Positions 14,780 through 28,879 of a DNA stretch of 64,000 nt are shown piece after piece. How positions within the stretch are numbered: the first letter of the stretch is position 1; every line of letters begins with the position of its first letter. The notes beneath the pieces are model-generated. The model was given only the letters and a program-made list of their open reading frames with translations, made no database searches and was not told where the DNA came from. The position numbers were made by a program, and so were the translations under genes. The stretch lies in NCBI RefSeq assembly GCF_009914755.1, contig NC_060939.1; one strand, 5' to 3'. The DNA comes from the human T2T-CHM13v2.0 reference genome, Homo sapiens.

Positions 14780-15272
14780 CAACTTTCCTGGCCTACCACA
14801 ACAAACTGACTTTTGAAAAAGAAGTATCTGATGTTCTTGCTTTTTGCTTGATTTTACTATGCTTTGGGGGACTTTTGGCATAGGACATTCATTACTTTAA
14901 GAGGCTGTTTGAAAGCTGGATCAGCTCCACAAAGAAAGATAATCACAAAGTGATTTCCCAAGAAAGTACACTAGGATATAAGGAACAAGTACCAGTGGAA
15001 AGGCAACTCCCTGAGGGCAGGGACTTGTCTGCTTTGTTCACTGGTGATACCCCCAATCCTAGAACAGGATCCAACATGTCAAGAGCATGAAGAAATCACT
15101 GCAAAATGGGGAAATGAATACTGTTTACCAAGGGCCTACCCTCTGTCAGGTCCTATGGAAGGCATTTGACATACCCTGCCTTTTTATGTCTTATAATAAA
15201 CAACCTCGTTTGATGGATGTTATAATAATTATTTTATAAATAAGGAAACTGAGATTTGAAGAATTGCACTGA

Positions 15273-15571
15273 GGCCAGGTGTGGTGGGTTATGCCTGGAA
15301 TCCTAGTACATTGGGAGGCTGAGGTGGGCAGATCACTTGAGGCCAGGAGATCGAGACTAGACTGACCAACATGGCGAAACCCCCATCTCTACTAAAACTA
15401 CAAAAAAATTAGCTAGGTGTGGTGTCACATGCCTATACTCCCAGCTACTTGGGAGGCTGGGGCACGAGAATCGCTTGAACCCAGGAGGCAGAGGTTTCAG
15501 AGAGCCAAGATCATGCCACTGCACTGCAGCCTCAGTGACAGAGCAAGACTCCATCTCAAAAAAATAAAAAA
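15273..15571 (+). mobile_element. AluS SINE inserted in a MIR remnant
   Basis: Dimeric Alu; MIR sequence on both sides (aaggaaactgag... / gtgacttgccagggtcacag). Confidence 0.9.
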
Positions 15572-17073
15572 GGAATTTCAGTGACTTGCCAGGGTCACAG
15601 TTAGTAAGCAGGATGCAGGAATTTGAATTTTGATCTGTCTTTCTAGTCAATGTTCTGTCCACCACACCAAGCCTTCCTCCAACAGCAGAAGCAGGTGATA
15701 GATTGATTGATTGATTTTGGCCTTTTGTTATAAGACACCAAATTCGAGTATTTGAATATTATCATAGCTTCAGGAATCCCTCCACACAAGGACCCTGTAG
15801 GGGGTTAATGGAATAGAATGGGAATATAGAATGAGCTGAAATCATATATCTTAGTGTGCAGAAATGCAATAAAGCTGTGGCTTTCTCACATCCCTACTGT
15901 ACCACTGTAAATCTCACTAAGCCTCAATTCCTCGTCTGAAAGTGGCGTATCATGAGCCCTAAAGGGGAAAATGCACGTACACACAGCAAGGACTTAGTAA
16001 ATGTAGATTATTATTAGCCCAGAATGATCTTCAAACTTATGTAAATCAATTTGATTGATATTTTAGAAAAAGGCAGAAATATTGTGAATGAGAGGGCCAC
16101 ATAATTATTACCTTTTTGAACATATACATATTTTCTCTTTAAAGAACTTTTTATCCAGAAATTCTACTGAAGAAATTATAAATGGAAACCCCTTTTAAGA
16201 AAAACAAAAGGCTTGTAGGGGGGAAGGCAATGAAAATGTGAAGTTTAAAGTCAAACACTCACTTAAGGTAGAGAAGGCACTTGAACATTGTGGGTTAATG
16301 AATAAATTAAAATTCATTATCTGGTCAGCCCTAAAGCTTTATTTCCCTTGTTTTGTGTAAAGGTTTCAAAAAAATAAAAATGCTTAACAGAACATTCTTG
16401 CTAAACATTTGCTTGGATCAGAAAAAGTAGTTTGATTTTGTTTCACTTTTCTGCATGAGACTGGCAGCCTTAGAACTGAACAGCTAATTTCTCCTGGCAT
16501 GACATTGAGCACTACATCTCTCAAGACAGAAGCAGCTTAGGAAGGCCTGCCACTGTGGGGTGAGCAAGTCCCACCTTGTTCTCAGCTTAAGGCACTCTGG
16601 GATGGTCTGAAATGGCCTTTGCCACCTGGCAAAGATCTGTGCTGACCCCTTTCATTCCACCTGGATTCAGGGCTTTCCTGATAAACCAAGCTATGCTGAG
16701 CATTCAGCCGTGTGTGATTTCACTGCCCAGACCTTTCTTCCTAACCCTCAATGAATCAGTTTAAACTCGCCCGAGAGCAATGCAGGTCAGGAGTGGAAGT
16801 TTGGACTCGAAATTTACCCTCTACTACTAAACACTTCCAAGCAAAACTCTACAAAGCAAAGGGCCCCAAGTCTGTCTTTTCTGTATTTCTCCCAAACATC
16901 AGACCAAAAATGAACATTTCTTCATTTGTCCGCCTCTCCCCCAATCTCCGTCTCCTCTCCCTCTCTGTTACGCACCCAGGCACACATACACACACAAGCT
17001 CACACGCGGAATCACGGCCACCTTGGTTTTGAAAGTCCTCAAATACTAACCACATCCATGGGATGGCGCCTAC

Positions 17074-17336
17074 CTTTCTGAAATGTCAGTCCACAAAAGG
17101 TGCCCCTTGCTTGTGAAGTGTAGTCAGAGAGCAGCTTCCAACGTTCCAACCAGCTTCGTTCTCCTCAGAGAGCAGCACAACTCATCTCTGTGTAAGACCT
17201 GAAATTCCTTCAGAGACCCACCCTCCAAAGTTGCGAGTCAAGATTTCTGACTGAGGGCAGTCAGTGACGTGAGGCGAAGCTACTGGATGGCACCCTCAGG
17301 TTCTTCCTGATGGGATGTTGCTTCCTGTTTCACCAC
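17074..17336 (-). other. CERS3: CERS3 5'-UTR exon (263 bp; probably also an alternative first exon)
   Basis: Acceptor tttcttttctcaag|GTGG at 17337-17338 and donor GAAAG|gtaggc at 17072-17073; internal CRE-like site. Confidence 0.7.
17265..17272. promoter_or_regulatory. CRE/ATF-like motif TGACGTGA
   Basis: 7/8 match to TGACGTCA inside the candidate proximal CERS3 promoter/exon. Confidence 0.4.
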
Positions 17337-18818
17337 CTTGAGAAAAGAAAGCTGGAATTCAGTGAGACATTGAGTTACAAATGCATCAGTTGCCTCATCG
17401 TTGTTGCCTTTTGGTGCACACAGTCATCTGTCAACTGCTGAACAGGATGATCTTGCTGTTTGTATTAAAAGGAAAGGGCTTATGCGCAGAGAGAACCCCA
17501 AAACACCAGTCACAACCCTGTACTGTCCTAGGAGCTGGTTCGACAAGTATAGTACTCTCCAGAAAACAGGCAGGGCTTCTTACTAACTAAATCACCACCA
17601 TGCCACAAAACTCATCCACTAAGGAGCATTGGTCCACAGGAATGTGATTTCTCTGCCCGCTTCCTAGGAATTGAGAAAACGATCAGTTTTTTGAAGCATA
17701 TAACTGCCAAAAAATACAATAGTCTGGCAATCTTTTCTTCTTAGAACAGTCAGATATAATTCGCATTTTTATTTGTTTGTCTCTAAGAACAATCATCATA
17801 GACAAAGACAGACAAGCTCATTAGTATCAGGAAATAAACATTGTTGCTTGTCTCTGTGTGCTTGAACCACTACAATTTCAAAGGCAAGTGTGGATGCATT
17901 TTATAGTGTTTATTTGAGATATTGTACCTTTGAAGCCATTTTCACTTTCTCTTGCCTGAAGATGAAACAACTCTGGGCTTGGATTATTTAAAGGTGCTCT
18001 GACAAGTAGAGAGCTTCAACAAGTTGATTCCTGTATCTCTCACAAACCAAACATCAGCAGTACCGCCCACACTGAGAGCCTGATTCTCATTAGCTGTCTT
18101 CAACTGCTGAAAGACATTTTTCTTTTTTCATCAGCTAATAGATGACCGCAAATTAAAAATGGACTAGATGCAGATAAAGGGAAACACCAGTTTCAAATTC
18201 ATTAAAGCTCCAAAGTTTCTCAGATTTCACTAATGAATTTAGTTCAAAGAGAGAGGATTGATAAACGCCCTTCCTTTCACTGGGTACTTCTCACTCAGGG
18301 CTTCCCGGTCTGCCTTTCTCTTCGAAGACGTTCTGTTTTTCAGTAATGGGCTCATGCATTTTTAAAACCATCTGGCAGAAGGGATGAATTTAAAGCAGAC
18401 TTGGCCACTAACCGAGGTAGGCTCAGTTCAGGTCTGCCTCACCTTCTGCCAGGAGACCACTGCAGAATTGGTTTCCTGACATGAGGCTTCCATCTTCATC
18501 CAATTGTCACCTAACTCACATTCCCATTCTCATTTCTTTTTCTTCTGCTGATTAAACTCTACCAGCCACCTTCTACCTATAGGATCAAGACCAGACTCCT
18601 TGGCACAATGGCCTGCTCGCAACCTGCTGCTCCAGGACTTCCTTTTGCCCTTTCCCACTAGATTCCAGACACAACAGTGGGCAGCTTCTGGGCCCTTGCC
18701 ATGAGCTGCTCTCTCGCCTCTGTGCCTAATGAAAGTCTGAATCCTGCTCAAGCTTCCCTAGCCTCGGCCCTCTCTGTTCTGTGGGTATACCTTTATTGCA
18801 ACACCTACTACTCTATCA

Positions 18819-19375
<557 letters not shown>

Positions 19376-19632
19376 CAATATTGTAGAACCACATGTTTTC
19401 ATGCTTTGTTTTAGTTACTTCTACAATGAAACACATGTTATTTGCTGATAAAATATAATGTTCAAATCAAATCGGAACTATTTAGACATAGTTCTATAAC
19501 TCCTGTTAATCAAAAGAACCCCGTCAGCATCTGCTGTCTTTTTTGAGTCACTGTCAAGGTGTAATTCTTCCCCCTTCTTCAGGGGCAAGATGTAAAAATG
19601 AGGCTATTGCACAACTTGTGCTAGAGGAATGA

Positions 19633-19732
19633 GAGTGAGGAACTCGGAGGGTTTGCTGGTGAAGACTTTGTGGGAGCTGTGGGAGTGAGGAACTCGGAGG
19701 GTTTGCTGGTGAAGACTTTGTGGGAGCTGTGG
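19633..19732. repeat. Perfect 50-bp tandem duplication
   Basis: gagtgaggaactcggagggtttgctggtgaagactttgtgggagctgtgg at 19633 and 19683. Confidence 0.95.
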
Positions 19733-20745
19733 ACCTATGTGTAAGTCTAGTCATCTCCACAGCTCCTCTGAGGAAAATAACCCAGGGCAGGAAATAGGCT
19801 GTGTGTGGAGTTGAAAACAAAGCAAATATGGTTATCTCAAGGATTCCTAAGGTGATTCCTTTTTTCTTCTCTTTCTTACTTGTGCCTCACCATAAATGTA
19901 TCAGTGCATTGCTAAGAGAAAAGATAGAACCCCAGGAAGCATTAAAGGAAAGAGCAAGATGCATGCACGTGGGTATCATTTCTCCTAGGTAGTACTTAGC
20001 TGTTTCCTTTTATGAGAAAACGGAAGCAGTGAGTTGAGACATTAAATCAGTTTTATATTGCGAATCCTCATTAATAGATATTAAATCACTTATTAGCATG
20101 TTAATGATTCATTGCATTTTAAAAAGTGAACGTCGGACCTCTGACAAATGAAATGTAGACAATTAAGCATGACAGTGGAGAGGTGTTGTCGGGAGCAGTA
20201 GGGGTGCATTACAAAGCGGGTACCGGGTGCCTTTCACCTAGTAAATTGGGAAGGAGAGGGATAGGAGAAGTGTAGACCAGAGACAAACCCAGTCAAGGTT
20301 CTGGAGAGCCACTTAGGAACTAGAAGAGGAAAACACAGTAAAGCCGGATGCAGGAAAATTGAGTCTGGGCGCCAGCAGCAAGACACAGTGCCAAAAGCTC
20401 TCCTAGCCAAGGGCAGAGGTCCCACAGTTGCATGGGTGTAGATGGGGAAGAAGGGGAAGCGGGCAACTTCTAAGCTGCATTTTATGCTTTCAGCCGATCC
20501 TTAACCTAATTTCGTAGAGAAGAAAACGTAAGAATCAACAGGCTTTTCCCTCAAAGGAAGGAATCCCTTCCAAGAAACTTAACATATACAGTTTTTGCCC
20601 TATTGTTCTTAACCTAACCGGCAAAATTTTTGAGATTTTACTATCAACAAACTGTTTTCTTCTCATGTTTTATCTTATCATTTTCATAGACGTTTCAAAT
20701 GCTATTTGTCCACAGACAGAAATTTAAGTCAAAATGCTACCAAAC

Positions 20746-21025
<280 letters not shown>

Positions 21026-21739
21026 TTAAAGAAGTGTGTGGAAAAGCTCCTGTTGGATAAAATGAAACAAGCAAATGTCTTCACAAGTGGTTCCCCACTA
21101 CACTGGGAATTCTCAAGGGACATGACTTAGCCATCTTCATATCCCTGGATCAATACCTACCCCGCTCAAATGTGAAGCCTATGTCTTATTGTCATAAAGT
21201 CATCTCTCCTCCCTGCCACAATGATGCCTCTAGATCCCCACATGGATTATAGGATGAGAGGACCTGAACTTCATCTTCCCTTCCCCGCTCCACTCCGCTT
21301 CCACACTCATCCTGGCCCAGGGTTGAAAGTCTCTTTGCCGGATAACCTGAGAGGCCACTTGGTGAGAAAGTGAGAAAACTGAGGAGAAGACCCTCTGCTG
21401 TCAAATTAGTCGGGAGGACAACTGCTTTCCTGCATCCAGACTCACCTGGGGGCCTCCCTCCCTACAAACTCCAGCCCCTCTCCTGCTTCATTTTCCTCCA
21501 CGTCACCTGTCACCTTCTAACTTACTGTATCTCTTATCTGCCTCTCCCCCACGTAAGCTTCAGGAGGACGGAATTTTCGTCTGCCGTGTTCAGTGCTAAA
21601 TCCCCAGGGGTTAGAACAGTTCCTGGCACAGAGTTGACACTTGATGCTGACAGAGTACATTTATGTATCTATATATTTGCCATTGTGTCTCTTCCTCTCT
21701 ACCACAGTAGGTAGTTACTTTTTGAGGACCAATTCATTG

Positions 21740-22119
21740 GGTTCTTTTCTTTTCTTTTCTCCTTTCTTTTCTTTTCTTTCTTTCTCTTTCGTTCCTTCTT
21801 TCCTTCCTTCCTTCCCTCTCTCTCTTTTTTTTTTTTTTTTTTTGAGTCTCGCTCTGTCACCCAGGCTGCAGTGCAGTGGCGCAATCTCAGCTCACTGCAA
21901 CCTCCACCTCCCGGGTTGAAGCGATTCTCCTGCCTCAGCCCCCCAAGTAGCTGGGATTACAGGCACGTGTTACCACCCCCAGCTAATTTTTTTGTGTTTT
22001 TAGTAGAGACAGGGTTTCACCCTGTTAGCCAGGATGGTCTCGATCTCCTGACCTCGTGATTCACCTGCCTCGGCCTCCCAAAGTGCTGAGATTACAGGCG
22101 TGAGCCACCATGACCAGCC
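21740..22119 (-). mobile_element. AluS SINE with (TTTC/TTCC)n-expanded tail
   Basis: Antisense Alu; TSD-like ca(t/c)tgggttcttt on both sides. Confidence 0.9.
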
Positions 22120-22621
22120 CACTGGGTTCTTTCAAAACTTGAAGTCAGTATGCTGTGTCATGAAGGAGGTCAGCTCTACTCTGAGTTTGCTGGGAAATAG
22201 GGAGATTTTTCCCTTGAAGAGTTTAGTCAATACTGAGAACTTCATGCAAAGGAGTCTTAGAATTAATTAGCATGTACTCTGGGAAGGCTGCAGTGCTGTA
22301 TGCAGGCCAGACCATGTCACCATGTGAGCAGGCTCTCAACACGACTGTCTCTCTCAGCTCACCACTCCCTCTGAGGGCTGGCCAGATGGGTAATGGCCAT
22401 TTGTGAATACAGCCCCTGGTTACAGGTGTGGCTGTCAGTGATGGGACAGGACAGGACTCAACTTGCCTCCTCCAGAAAATGTTCATTGCTAACCCTCAAT
22501 ACCATTTTGTGCTCACTATGTGACCTTATTCTTTTTAGCTGTGTGACTCCAGACAAGTCACTTAACCTCTCAGTCCTCAGGTTTCTCAACTGCAAAATGA
22601 GGAAAATAATAGTGATACTTA

Positions 22622-23160
22622 CAGAGTTGTAAAAACATTGAATGAGTTAATATATTGAAAAGCACTTAGAACAATACCTGGCTCAGAGCAAGCACAGTGT
22701 GAATGTTAGCTGTGATTATGCTTATGATGACTATAATGATTATTAGTATTGTCAAAGGAAAATAAATCTTGGGGCCCCAAAAATCACTAAGCTAAAGGGA
22801 AAAGAAACTGGAAATCGCTTAGGGCAAACCTGCCTCCCATTCTATTCAAAGTCACTCCTCTGCTCACTGCGATAAATGCACATCTGATGGCCTCATTTGG
22901 AGAGGCTAATCAGAAACTCAAAAGAATGCAACTCAAATTGCTTAGGGCAAACCCTAAGCAATTTCCAGTTTCTTTTTCCCTTTAGCTTAGTGATTTTGGG
23001 GCCCCAAGATTTATTTTCCTTTCACAATACTAATAATAATTATAGTCATCATAATTATAATCATAATCACAGCTAACATTCACTCTGTGCTTGCTCTGAG
23101 CCAGGTATTGTTCTAAGTGCTTTTCAATATACTAACTCATTCAATGTTTTTACAACTCTG
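22622..23160. repeat. Long inverted repeat (arms 22622-22824 and 22952-23160)
   Basis: cagagttgtaaaaacattgaatgag...gcttaggg is the reverse complement of ccctaagc...ctcattcaatgtttttacaactctg, with a few mismatches and indels. Confidence 0.95.
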
Positions 23161-23444
23161 AAATTTGTCTCTTATCGACCTATGACTTGGAAGTCCCCTC
23201 CCCACTTCAAATTGTCCCACCTACACCTCAAGTTGTTCCACCTTTCCAGACTGAACCAATGTACATCTTACATGTGTTGATGTCTCATGTCTCCCTAAAT
23301 TGTATAAAACCAAGCTGTGCCCCTACCACCTTGGGCACATGTCTTCAGGACCTCCTGAGGCTGTGTCATGCAAGTGTGTCCTCAACTTTGACAAAATAGA
23401 CTTTCTAAATTAACTGAGACCTATCTCAGATTTTGGCATCCATA
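22750..23444 (+). mobile_element. MER4A-like ERV1 solo LTR, interrupted by an inverted duplication
   Basis: Begins tgtcaaaggaaaataaatcttggggcccc, ends gagacctatctcagattttggcatccata; 4-bp TSD gtat at 22746-22749 and 23445-23448. Confidence 0.8.
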
Positions 23445-23766
23445 GTATATTTAATTAATTTTATTTTATTCTTATGTTACTTTGTAACAGACTTTATTTT
23501 ATGCATATAGACTTAGTTTCTCCACTTAAATTTTGAGTACAAGGATTGTGTAAAGTTTCCAAGTTGCAGGCATTACTGTTCTCTGAACATAGTGTTCAGT
23601 CATTAACTCATTCAGCCAGTATTTACTGGGTTCATACCATGTGCCAGGCACATCACATCTTTTGAAGGAGCTAAGGATGTCAAGAATAAAAATATAGCAT
23701 GACTGCCAAAACAGACACAAGCACACACTCACACAGATGAGCAAAAGTGTTCACACAAGTGCAGAA

Positions 23767-24470
23767 AGAAGTATCCATATGTGCACGGGAAGTGGGGATA
23801 TGCCTATGCTCATATGTAAGCACGATTAGAAGTATCCATATGTGCACGGGAAGTGGGGATATGCCTATGCTCATATGTAAGCACGATTAGAAGTATCCAT
23901 ATGTGCACGGGAAGTGGGGATATCCCTATGCTCATATGTAAGCACGAATTAGAAGTATCCATATGTGCATGTGAAGTGGGGATATCCCTATGCTCATATG
24001 TGCACGGGAAGTGGGGACATCCCTATGTTCATATGTGCACGGGAAGTGGGGACATCCCTATGCTCATATGTGCACGGGAAGTGGGGACATCCCTATGCTC
24101 ATATGTGCACGGGAAGTGGGGACATCCCTGTGCTCATATGTGCACGGGAAGTGGGGACATCCCTGTGCTCATATGTGCACGGGAAGTGGGGACATCCCTG
24201 TGCTCATATGTGCACGGGAAGTGGGGACATCCCTGTGCTCATATGTGCACGGGAAGTGGGGACATCCCTGTGCTCATATGTGCACGGGAAGTGGGGACAT
24301 CCCTGTGCTCATATGTGCACGGGAAGTGGGGATATCCCTGTGCTCATATGTGCACGGGAAGTGGGGATATCCCTGTGCTCATATGTGCACGGGAAGTGGG
24401 GATATCCCTGTGCTCATATGTGCATGGGAAGTGGGGATATTCCTATGCTCATATGTTAAGCATGAATTAA
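23767..24470. repeat. Two-tier minisatellite: 3 x 61-62 bp, then ~14 x 35 bp
   Basis: agaagtatcc starts at 23767, 23828, 23889 and 23951; then unit atatgtgcacgggaagtggggacatccctgtgctc. Confidence 0.95.
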
Positions 24471-24525
24471 GACCACAGAGAAGATTGACTCTCAAGATTT
24501 ACTATTTCATATCCCACGTCCATGA

Positions 24526-24846
<321 letters not shown>

Positions 24847-25651
24847 TAAGTTGTGGATTTTAAATGAGGAGCTAAGACTACATAATATGAAATTAGGAAA
24901 TGGACAGAAGTCGGCAGATAAAGTTTCCACCTCCCCAAATAACCAATCCCGTGACTGTCTTAGTCTGGAAGATAGAACTTAGTAGCTTCAATATCCACAA
25001 TTCCTTTACTGAACACTGGGCTGGGCACCTCAGTCAATGTTCCATGTGCTTTGAATATATTTATATGAGTTGCACCACCACTAAACAGATAGGAGGAATA
25101 AGGAGGTAAAAGGGTGATGAGTGTCTGAATAATATCTGGGCTGTTGATAACATGTCATATCTGAACAGGACAATGAGGAAACAAAATGCTTCTTATTCAC
25201 CTAGCCATCATTCATCTGACACATGTATTGCACAAGGTGCTTGAAATACAAAGATGAAGGCAATGTCCCTGATCTTAAGGAGATTATGACCTAGCTTTTC
25301 CCTCTTCCTCCTATTCTACCACCTATCCCATATCCTACCCTGCCACTTGCTAACACAGAACTGGGAGAACTACTTGGGAAACCTAGGACACTCAAGAAGG
25401 GGTACTCTCTCTTCAGCCTGTGAATTCTCTAGTGGGATTTTTAAAAAAGCACAAGGGGGTGCCCTGTGAAAAACACAAGCTAGGCTAAGGTTTGTAATGT
25501 CAGCCAACTATGACCCATTCCCAAGAAAAAGACACTCACACTGTCTGCCTTCTCATTAACAAAAGATTTGGTTGTTCCAGAGGGCATTAGAGAAATGTAG
25601 ACCAAGCTTGAGATTGAAGTGAGCATGTGTAGCATTGTGGCTGTTTGGCAG

Positions 25652-28001
25652 TGTATTAGTCCATTTTCATACTGCTATAAAGAACTGCTTGAGACTGGGT
25701 AATTTATAAAGCAAAGAGGTTTAACTGACTCACAGTTCAGCATGACTGGGGAGGCCTCAGGGGACTTACAGCCATGGCAAAAGGTGAAGAGGAAGCAAGG
25801 CAGCAGAAAGGAGAAGTGCCAAGCGAAGTGGGGAAGAGCGCCTTATGAAACCATCAGATCTCACCAGAACTCCTTCACTATCACATGAACAACATGGGGG
25901 AAACTGCCCTCATGATTCAATTACTTCCATCTGGTCTCTCCATGGACATGTGAGGATTATGGAAATTACAATTCAAGATGAGATTTGGGTGGGACAACCA
26001 AACCATATCATCTGCCCATGGCCCCTCCCAAATCTCATGTCCCTTTCACATTTCAAAACCAATCATGTCTTCTCAGTAGTTCCCCAAAGTCTTAATTCAT
26101 TCCAGCATTAACCCAAAAGTCCAAGTCCAAAGTTTCATCTGAGACAAGGCAAGTCCCTTCCATCTATGAGCCTGTAAAATCAAAAGCAAGTTAGTTACTT
26201 CCTAGATACAATGGTGGTACAGGCATTGGGTAAACACACCCATTCAAAATGGGTGAAATTGGCCAAAACAAAGGGACTACAGGCCCTATGCAAGTTGGAC
26301 ATTCAGCAGGGCAGTTAAATCTTAAAGTTCCAAAATAACCTCCTTTGACTCCATGTCTCACATCCAGGTCACACTGATGCAAGAGGTGGTTTCCTGTCAT
26401 TTTGGCCAGCTCTGTCCCTGTGGCTTTGCAGGGTACAGCCCTGCTCCCAGCTGTTTTCACAGGCTGGCATTGAGTGTTTGTGGCTTTTCCAGGAGCACAG
26501 TGCAAGCTGCCAATGGATCTACCATTATGGGGTCTGGAGGATGGTAGCCCTCTTCTCACAGCTCCACTAGGCAATGCCCCAGTGGGAATTCTGTGTGGGG
26601 ACTCTGACCCCACATTTCTCTTCTGCACTGCCCTAGCAGAGGTACTCCATGAGGGCTCTACTCCTGCAGCAAATTTCTGCCTAGACATCCAGGCATTTCT
26701 ATACATCCTCTGAAATCTAGGCAGAGGTTCCCAAACCTTGATTCTTGACTTCTGTGCACCTGCAGCCCCAACACCACATGTAAACTTACAAGACTTTGGG
26801 CTTGCACCCTCTGAAGCAATGGCCTGGGCTCTATGTTGGTCCCTTTTAACCATGGCTGGCATGCAGGGCACCAAGTCCTGAGACTGCACGAAGCAGCCAG
26901 GCCCTGGGCCGAGCCCACAAAACCATTTTTTCCTCCTAGGCCTCTGGGCTTATAATTGGAGGAGCTGCTGTTAAGACCCCTGACATGCCCTGGAGACATT
27001 TTCCCCATTGTCTTGGTGATGAACGTTTGGTTCCTTGTTACTTATGCAAATTTCTGCAGCCAGCTTGAATATCGCCTCAGAAAATAGTTTTTTCTTTTCC
27101 ATTGAATCATCAAGCTGCAAATTTTCTGAGCCTGTATGCTCTGCAATTCTTTTAAACATAAGTTCCAATTCCAAACCATCTCTTTGTGAATGCGTAAAAC
27201 TGAATGCCTTTAAGAGCACCCAAGTCACCTCTTGAACACTTTACTTTTGAGAAATTTCTTCCACTAGATACCCTAAATCATCTCTCTCAAGTTCAAAGTT
27301 CCACAGATCTCTAGGGCAGGGGAAAAATGCCACCAGCCTCTTTGCCAAAGCATAGCAAGAGTCAACTTTATTCCAGTTCCCAAGAAGTTCCTTATCTCCA
27401 TCTGAGACCATCTCAGCCTGGACTTTATTGTCCACATCACTATTAGCATTTTTATTAAAGCCATTCAACAAGTCTCTGAAATGTTCCAAACTTTCTCACA
27501 TCCTCCTGTCTTCTGAGCCCTCCAAAGTGTTCCAACCCCTGCCTGCTACCTAGTTCCAAAGTTGCTTCCACATTTTTGGGTACCTTTATAGCAGCACCCC
27601 ACTCTCTGCAGTACTAATGTACTGTATTAGTCCATTTTCATACTGTTATAAAGAACTGCTCAAGACTGGGTAATTCATAAAGGAAAGTGGTTTAACTGAC
27701 TCACAGTTTGGCATGGCTGGGAAGGCCTCAGGAAAGTTACAATCATGGTGGAAGGTGAAGAGGAAGCAAGGCACTTTCTTCACAAGGCAGCAGGGAAGAA
27801 AAGTGCTGAGTGAAGTGGAGAAGAACCCCTTATAAAACCATCAGATCTCAGGAGAACTTGCTCACTATCATGAGAAGAGCATGGGGGAAAGAAGAGCATG
27901 ATTCAGTTACTTCTACCTGGTCTTTCCCTCGACACATGTGGATTATGGGGATTATAATTTAAGATGAGATTTGGGTGGGGACACAAAGATTAACCATATC
28001 A
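25652..28001 (-). mobile_element. Complete THE1D-type MaLR retrotransposon (LTRs 27623-28001 and 25652-26010, internal region between)
   Basis: Two tgtattagtcc...aaccatatca LTRs; MaLR internal ORF remnant at 26191-26889; 5-bp TSD ggcag/ggtag. Confidence 0.9.
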
Positions 28002-28524
28002 GGTAGGCTTGGTCACTCTTTGATCATTTCAGACCCTCTCAAGGGGAAGATCAAAACTGAATGCATTTCCCCTTATCAGTTGCTTCTGTGACATCAAAGC
28101 ATCCCAGGAGAGCTGGCCATCAGTGAGACTGAAAGTGGTGCTGAGATTGCAGTCCTAGGAGGCTGTTTCCCTTCCCTTTCTGGTCCTGAGGGGGAGCTGT
28201 CCTCCTGCTTGCTATTACCAAGTAATCTCAAAACACAGCCCCCATCAAATTACTTTCTTGCTCCAGAAATATGACTTCTTTATGCTGATTACATTAAATC
28301 TAAACTTCTAGGATTATCTATTTCCTAAACCACCCTCTGAAGTTCAATCCCTACCCCATGTGCCCCACCTTACTGTCCACCAAACCCAATACTATTGTCC
28401 CCTTTGGTTGAGCCCACTGGCTATGATCACTCTGACCTTGGCTCAGGCCCCATCTGTGATCCCTTGTTATCCAAGTCCCATCCCTTTCCTCTGGGAAACT
28501 GCTTCTCAGATTAACCTTTCTTGT

Positions 28525-28879
<355 letters not shown>

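Noticed and set aside
23767-24470. CRISPR-like array (35-bp palindromic repeats)
   Set aside because: Repeats are directly adjacent with no unique spacers, there are no cas genes, and the context is eukaryotic.
26191-26889. 232-aa ORF
   Set aside because: Ordinary MaLR internal-region remnant.
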